Shown one piece after another: positions 27,679-32,000 of a stretch of DNA of 32,000 nt. Source of the stretch: Geobacter metallireducens GS-15. Lineage in GTDB: Bacteria > Desulfobacterota > Desulfuromonadia > Geobacterales > Geobacteraceae. A program made the translations under genes and the position numbers. Each line of letters begins with the position of its first letter. Within the stretch, counting starts at the first letter, position 1. Under the pieces are notes generated by a model. It saw nothing but the letters and a program-made list of their open reading frames with translations, did no database searches and was not told the DNA's origin. The DNA lies in assembly GCF_000012925.1 (NCBI RefSeq), contig NC_007517.1, positions 1,260,001-1,292,000 on the forward strand, written 5' to 3'.

Positions 27679-28536
27679 TTACCGGTTTCCTTCCCCTGTC
27701 TTCTTTGCCGCCTCAAGGGTGTTGTAGAGGAGCATGGTGATGGTCATGGGGCCGACGCCGCCGGGAACGGGGGTGATGGCCGATGCCCGCTGGGATGCTG
27801 CGGCGAACTCCACATCCCCCACAAGCTTCTTCTCGCCGACCCGGTTGACTCCCACATCGATGACCACTGCTCCTTCCTTGATCCACTCCCCCTTGATCAT
27901 CTCGGGAACCCCCACGGCGGCGATGACCACGTCGGCCTCTTTGACCTTCGATGGCAAATCACGGGTTTTCGAGTGGCAGATGGTGACCGTGGCATGCTGC
28001 TGGAGGCACATGAGCGCCACCGGCTTGCCGACGATATTTGAGCGCCCCACGACGACCACTTCCTTGCCGGCCAGGTCAACGCCCGCTTCGCGCAGCATGA
28101 CCATGACGCCATAGGGGGTGCAGGGCTGGAAGGTGGGCTTGCCGACCATAAGCCGGCCGACGTTGTAGGGGTGGAAGCCGTCTACGTCCTTCACCGGCGA
28201 GATGGCCTCGAGAATCGTGTCGGAATTGATCTGTTTCGGGAGGGGGAGTTGAACGAGGATTCCGTGGATGGTCGGGTCGCTGTTGAGCCGGGCCACGAGA
28301 GCGAGGAGTTCTGCTTCAGTGGTAGTCGCCGGCAGGGTGTGTTTAACGGAGTGCATCCCCAACTCCTGGCAGGCATTGCCTTTCATCCGTACATAGACCT
28401 CGCTGGCGGGGTCTTCCCCCACAAGGACCGTGGCAAGGCCGGGGATAATCCCCTTTTCCTTGAGGATCTTGACTTCGGTGGCAATTTCCGCCCTCAGCTT
28501 GGCAGCGATGGCTTTTCCGTCAATGATTGTCGACAT
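27679..28536 (-). CDS. folD: Bifunctional methylenetetrahydrofolate dehydrogenase/methenyl-THF cyclohydrolase
   Basis: ATG 28536 with AAAGGAG upstream. Motifs seen: [71 protein letters not shown]. Confidence 0.9.
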   Translation of the reverse strand: MSTIIDGKAIAAKLRAEIATEVKILKEKGIIPGLATVLVGEDPASEVYVRMKGNACQELGMHSVKHTLPATTTEAELLALVARLNSDPTIHGILVQLPLPKQINSDTILEAISPVKDVDGFHPYNVGRLMVGKPTFQPCTPYGVMVMLREAGVDLAGKEVVVVGRSNIVGKPVALMCLQQHATVTICHSKTRDLPSKVKEADVVIAAVGVPEMIKGEWIKEGAVVIDVGVNRVGEKKLVGDVEFAAASQRASAITPVPGGVGPMTITMLLYNTLEAAKKTGEGNR

Positions 28537-28602
28537 GCTACGGCTCCTTTGCCTGGAACGGTCCGAAACCGGCACCGTCAATGGATTGGTAACAATCCCA
28601 AA

Positions 28603-28631
28603 ATAGTACGGAAGCGTCGCTGTGATGTAAA
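28603..28631 (-). promoter_or_regulatory. Candidate sigma70 promoter for folD-metV-metF-galU
   Basis: Minus strand: TTTACA (28626-28631), a 17-nt spacer, then TACTAT (28603-28608). It lies about 65 nt upstream of the folD ATG. Confidence 0.4.
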
Positions 28632-28648
28632 GATTTTTAACCGGAGCT

Positions 28649-28681
28649 AAACTAAAATCCCCCGACTCACTGAGCCGGGGG
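28649..28681 (-). terminator. Intrinsic terminator after the FmdB-like gene
   Basis: Minus strand: CCCCCGGCU-CAG-AGUCGGGGG (9-bp stem, tight loop), followed by AUUUUAGUUU. Confidence 0.55.
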
Positions 28682-28717
28682 AGGTGATGGTGTGGAAAAA
28701 GGAATGGGGTTGCAGGG

Positions 28718-28969
28718 TTACGCTGCTGCTGATGGGCAGCCGGCACAGCTTCCGCCCGAGGGGCAGGACGGGGCTTCAGACTTCTTTCCGCCGCTGTTGT
28801 ATCCTTCGGCGTACCATCCTCCTCCCTTGAGGGCGAACCCTGACTGGGAGATGAGCTTTTGCACGGGACCGCCGCACGAAGGACATTCCTTCGCCGGTTC
28901 GTCGGAAAACTTCTGGCGCAGCTCGAACTGCTTGTTGCACTCGGTGCATTGGTATTCGTAGAGTGGCAT
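28718..28969 (-). CDS. FmdB-family zinc-ribbon protein (CxxC-CxxC)
   Basis: ATG 28969 with AGGAGG upstream. [34 protein letters not shown] is the canonical FmdB/'CxxC_CxxC_SSSS' N-terminus. Confidence 0.8.
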   Translation of the reverse strand: MPLYEYQCTECNKQFELRQKFSDEPAKECPSCGGPVQKLISQSGFALKGGGWYAEGYNSGGKKSEAPSCPSGGSCAGCPSAAA

Positions 28970-29078
28970 CACACAACCTCCTGCGGTAATCGTTGATTCA
29001 CTATAGTAATTCACTACGGAAGTTGTCAACCCCGTGTGTGGATGATTGGAAGCGCAATATATGAAATGACTGGGGAAA

Positions 29079-29387
29079 TTAGGGCAGTAGGTTGTGAACA
29101 GCCTGAGCCGTGGCGCCAGAAACCCGAATCGTCTTGTGCCGCGACTTATCCCCGGCAATTATGGTGACGGCTGACTTGGGAACCTTGAGTAGTTTTGCGA
29201 GGTATTCAGTGCAGAGGCGGTTCGCTTCCCCCTCAACAGGGGGAGATGTCAGGCGAAGCTTGATGGCATCCCCCTGGATGCCGCAGATTCCGTTTTTTGA
29301 GGCGCGGGGTTGAACGTGCACGGAGAAGGTGACGCCATCAGCGTTTTCCGTGATTCTGAGTTCCCCGGAAGGGGTGTCACTCTTCAT
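29079..29387 (-). CDS. yggU: DUF167 (YggU) family protein
   Basis: 102 aa from ATG 29387. Motifs seen: VHVQPRASKNGICGIQGDAIKLRLTSPPVEGEANRLCTEYLAKLLKVPKSAV. Confidence 0.75.
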   Translation of the reverse strand: MKSDTPSGELRITENADGVTFSVHVQPRASKNGICGIQGDAIKLRLTSPPVEGEANRLCTEYLAKLLKVPKSAVTIIAGDKSRHKTIRVSGATAQAVHNLLP

Positions 29388-29826
29388 CAAGGGCGAGCAT
29401 TTTGTAGTGTGTGTCGAGGAGGGACTTGAAGGAACTCTCGAATTGGAGCCGCTGGCGACGGATTTCCTGGACCTGGTCGTTGAGTTGGGCGAGCCTGCGT
29501 TCGGCATCGGCCACTATTTTCTCCCCCTTGACCTCGGCCTCGGAGACGAGCAGAGCTGCCTCTTTCTGGGCGTTCGCCTTCATTTCCTCGGTGATCTTCT
29601 GGGCGGCGAGCATGGTTTCCCGCAGGTTCTTCTCCTGCTGGGCCATTTGTTCCATCTCGACGGTGGCTCTCTTGCACTGCTCCTTTAACTCGGCGTTCTC
29701 CCGCACGAGGCTTTCCATCTCTTCCGCGACCGTCTGGAGAAAGGCGTCCACTTCATGGGGGTCAAGCCCGCCAAGCATCTTGCCCTTGAACTGCTGCTGC
29801 TGGATGTCAAGCGGGGTAATTCTCAC
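29377..29826 (-). CDS. DivIVA domain-containing protein
   Basis: The GTG start overlaps the yggT stop (GTGA). MRITPLDIQQQQFKGKMLGGLDPHEVDAFL is followed by a coiled coil. Confidence 0.85.
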   Translation of the reverse strand: MRITPLDIQQQQFKGKMLGGLDPHEVDAFLQTVAEEMESLVRENAELKEQCKRATVEMEQMAQQEKNLRETMLAAQKITEEMKANAQKEAALLVSEAEVKGEKIVADAERRLAQLNDQVQEIRRQRLQFESSFKSLLDTHYKMLALDEE

Positions 29827-30140
29827 GGCATCCCTCCCATTCCGAGTTTCATCTTGTAGGCAAGGTCGTAGATGCTGCGCACCAGAAAGCTTTGGAGAAA
29901 GTAAATGGCGACGAGCACGATGATCGGTGACAGGTCGAGCCCACCCATGTCGGGAAGGAATCTGCGAACTCGCGAGAGGACCGGCTCGGTGCTCCGGTAG
30001 AGGAAGTTCACGATGGGGTTGTAGGGGTCGGGATTAACCCAGGAGATGATCGCCCGTGCAATGAGAATGTAGAGATAGATGGTGAGGAGGATGTCGGCAA
30101 TCTTGGCGACGGCCAGGAGAAAGTTGGCAAGCACGAACAT
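29823..30140 (-). CDS. yggT: YggT family membrane protein
   Basis: 105 aa. Motifs seen: YLYILIARAIISWVNPDPYNPIVNFLYRSTEPVLSRVRRFLP..GLDLSPIIVL. Confidence 0.85.
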   Translation of the reverse strand: MFVLANFLLAVAKIADILLTIYLYILIARAIISWVNPDPYNPIVNFLYRSTEPVLSRVRRFLPDMGGLDLSPIIVLVAIYFLQSFLVRSIYDLAYKMKLGMGGMP

Positions 30141-30212
30141 GGTGTGCCCCTTGGTGGTGGATGAACGACTGTCGCGTTATACAGGAAACAGCAGCCAAGT
30201 GTCAAGAAAGCG

Positions 30213-30932
30213 TCAGTTTTGAGCGGCTTTTTCCCCGGTGTAGATCGTCGCGATTCCAAAGGTGAGATCACGATGGGTGGTGGAATGGAAACCCACGGAT
30301 CGCATGAGAGTCTTGAATTCCTCTTGCGACGGAAACTCCAGCACGGAATCGGGGAGGTACTTGTAGGCGCTGAAGTTGGAGAAAAGTCCGCCGATCGCCG
30401 GCAGCAACCGGAGAAAGTAGAAATAATAGACCCGTTTGAAGAACTGTGAGCGGGGAGTGGAGAACTCGAGGATGACGGCCCGGCCGCCGGGCTTCAGGAT
30501 GCGCTGCATTTCCGCCAGCCCCTGGCGCCGGTCGACCACGTTGCGGATGCCGAAGGCGATGGTGACCGAGTCAAACGTATTGTCGGGAAAGGGGATCGCC
30601 TCGCAGGGGGCGATTTCCAGGGTGATCCGGCGGGCATAGGGGGATTGCGCAACCTTTTCGCGGCCGAGCACCACCATCCCTTCCGTGATGTCGATGCCGA
30701 TGATGGAGACTGAGTCGGGGGTTTGGCGGGCGATTTCCAGCGCCACGTCGCCGGTTCCGGTGGCAACGTCGAGGATTTTTCCCCCCTCGCTCCATCGGGC
30801 GCATTGTACGGCGATGCGCCGCCAGCGCCGGTCGATGCCGAAGCTCAGGAGCCGGTTGAGGAAGTCGTACCGGGGGGCAATGTCGGAGAACATCTCCCGG
30901 ATCTGCTCGCCTTTTTCGCTCAGTTTATACAT
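30213..30932 (-). CDS. ubiE: Demethylmenaquinone / ubiquinone biosynthesis C-methyltransferase UbiE/MenG
   Basis: ATG 30932. Motifs seen: FSDIAPRYDFLNRLLSFGIDRRWRR, the SAM motif ILDVATGTGDVA, and ILKPGGRAVILEFS. Confidence 0.9.
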   Translation of the reverse strand: MYKLSEKGEQIREMFSDIAPRYDFLNRLLSFGIDRRWRRIAVQCARWSEGGKILDVATGTGDVALEIARQTPDSVSIIGIDITEGMVVLGREKVAQSPYARRITLEIAPCEAIPFPDNTFDSVTIAFGIRNVVDRRQGLAEMQRILKPGGRAVILEFSTPRSQFFKRVYYFYFLRLLPAIGGLFSNFSAYKYLPDSVLEFPSQEEFKTLMRSVGFHSTTHRDLTFGIATIYTGEKAAQN

Positions 30933-31131
30933 CGTAAATTTTCTATCCTTTTGCGGGTAATGGTGGTATAAATCCTGATTCTTTCTGGGCATACAGACCG
31001 ATATTTTTAGCACAAAACCTCACTCCATGCCAGAAAAAACGGATTTTCGGAGCGTGGTGGTGCAGGTTTCCCGGGGACGTCCCCTGTATGGACTTGGGGG
31101 GGCGAACCGAGAAAGGGAAGGGTAAGAGGAG

Positions 31132-32000
31132 ATGGTTCCCGTGATCCGGTGGCAGGATGTCGCCGACATCATCATTATGAGCTTTCTTGCCTATCAGCTT
31201 TACAGCTGGTTCAGGCATACCAGGGCCATGCAGGTTCTTATCGGCATGGTCTTTTTGGTGGGGGTGTATTTTATAACCAAGAACCTGGGGCTCTTTATGA
31301 CGAGCTGGATACTCCAGGAACTCGGCACGGTCCTCTTTGTTCTCATTATTGTCATTTTTCAGGCGGAGATTCGACAGGCCCTCTACCGCTTCAGTCTGTT
31401 GCGGAATTTCTTTGGAAGGCAGGATGGCGGAGGGTTGATTGATCTTGCGGATATTTCCTCAACAATCTTTCGCCTTGCCAAAGAGCGCACCGGTGCAATC
31501 GTTGTCTTTCAGCGGCATGAATCGCTTGATGATTACCTTCTTCATGGTGTCCCCCTCGACAGTATTCCGAACGGGCAGCTCATTGAATGTATTTTTCAGG
31601 ACGGAACTCCTCTCCATGACGGCGCCGTTATCGTTAAGGAGGGGCGTATAACCCAGGCATCGTGCCACCTTCCCCTTTCGATGAAGACAGAACTCCCTCG
31701 TCATTTCGGTACTCGGCATCGAGCAGGAATCGGCCTCAGTGAGCGCTGTGATGCCGCCGTGGTAATCGTTTCCGAAGAACGGGGGGAGGTTGGCCTGGCA
31801 CTTGCAGGAGAACTTGAGGCAGTTGCAACTGCCGAGAGTCTGGCGGAGAAACTCCAGGGACTCCTCTATCCCCAGCGCCAGGAGAAGGTTCACATCTCGC
31901 TGGGGCAGCGGCTGGTTAGCAATCTGGTCCCTAAGCTTGTGACCACGTTGGTGGTGTTTGTAAGCTGGCTCATTATAACGACTAAGCAGGGGGCGATTTT
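31132..32000 (+). CDS. cdaA: Diadenylate cyclase CdaA (DisA_N/DAC domain); frame continues to the window end
   Basis: This gene is absent from the ORF track because no stop occurs before base 32000. From ATG 31132 (or GTG 31141) it has three N-terminal TM segments, then RTGAIVVFQR, TPLHDGAVIV and HFGTRHRAGIGLSE (DGA and RHR motifs). After ~245 aa the same frame continues into a hydrophobic YbbR-like segment (31921-31980). Confidence 0.85.
   Translation, partial: MVPVIRWQDVADIIIMSFLAYQLYSWFRHTRAMQVLIGMVFLVGVYFITKNLGLFMTSWILQELGTVLFVLIIVIFQAEIRQALYRFSLLRNFFGRQDGGGLIDLADISSTIFRLAKERTGAIVVFQRHESLDDYLLHGVPLDSIPNGQLIECIFQDGTPLHDGAVIVKEGRITQASCHLPLSMKTELPRHFGTRHRAGIGLSERCDAAVVIVSEERGEVGLALAGELEAVATAESLAEKLQGLLYPQRQEKVHISLGQRLVSNLVPKLVTTLVVFVSWLIITTKQGAI

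Noticed and set aside
31459-31893. A 144-aa minus-strand ORF and the plus-strand ORF 31149..31442.
   Set aside because: Both overlap the cdaA frame, which has unambiguous DAC-domain motifs (DGA, RHR).

Overview
This is a high-GC bacterial chromosome segment. The housekeeping part (14.3-32 kb) carries tRNA-Sec, DsbC-like, rhomboid, CNNM/CorC, AI-2E, TerC, HtpX, UPF0016, TonB-like, GalU, MetF/MetV, FolD, YggU, DivIVA, YggT, UbiE/MenG and CdaA. From gene content alone it looks Geobacter/Desulfuromonadales-like; this is an impression, not a search result. The first 14.2 kb is a co-directional accessory block. I read it as the distal end of a phage-tail-like extracellular contractile injection system (eCIS). 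It holds two baseplate-J-like genes, a gpI-like gene and a 1020-aa fibre/receptor-binding-like protein with five Cys-pair repeats. These are followed by a cargo-like trio: an HExxH orphan, a DUF4157 protein, and a 796-aa orphan with a Cys-His-Asp arrangement. An IS110-family element with a long, structured 5' non-coding region (bridge-RNA candidate) sits inside this operon. Four other items stand out. (1) A CoADR/NADH-oxidase-like flavoprotein has an in-frame TGA at its redox Cys codon, followed by a SECIS-like hairpin, about 0.8 kb from the tRNA-Sec gene. (2) A yybP-ykoY (Mn2+) riboswitch with a terminator platform lies upstream of htpX-terC and faces a UPF0016 exporter gene. (3) A 28-bp perfect palindrome lies between convergent genes. 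(4) The cdaA frame runs without a stop into a YbbR-like TM segment at the window edge. I saw no CRISPR array, rRNA, integrase or reverse transcriptase. All family assignments rest on motif recognition by eye and need HMM/CM confirmation.
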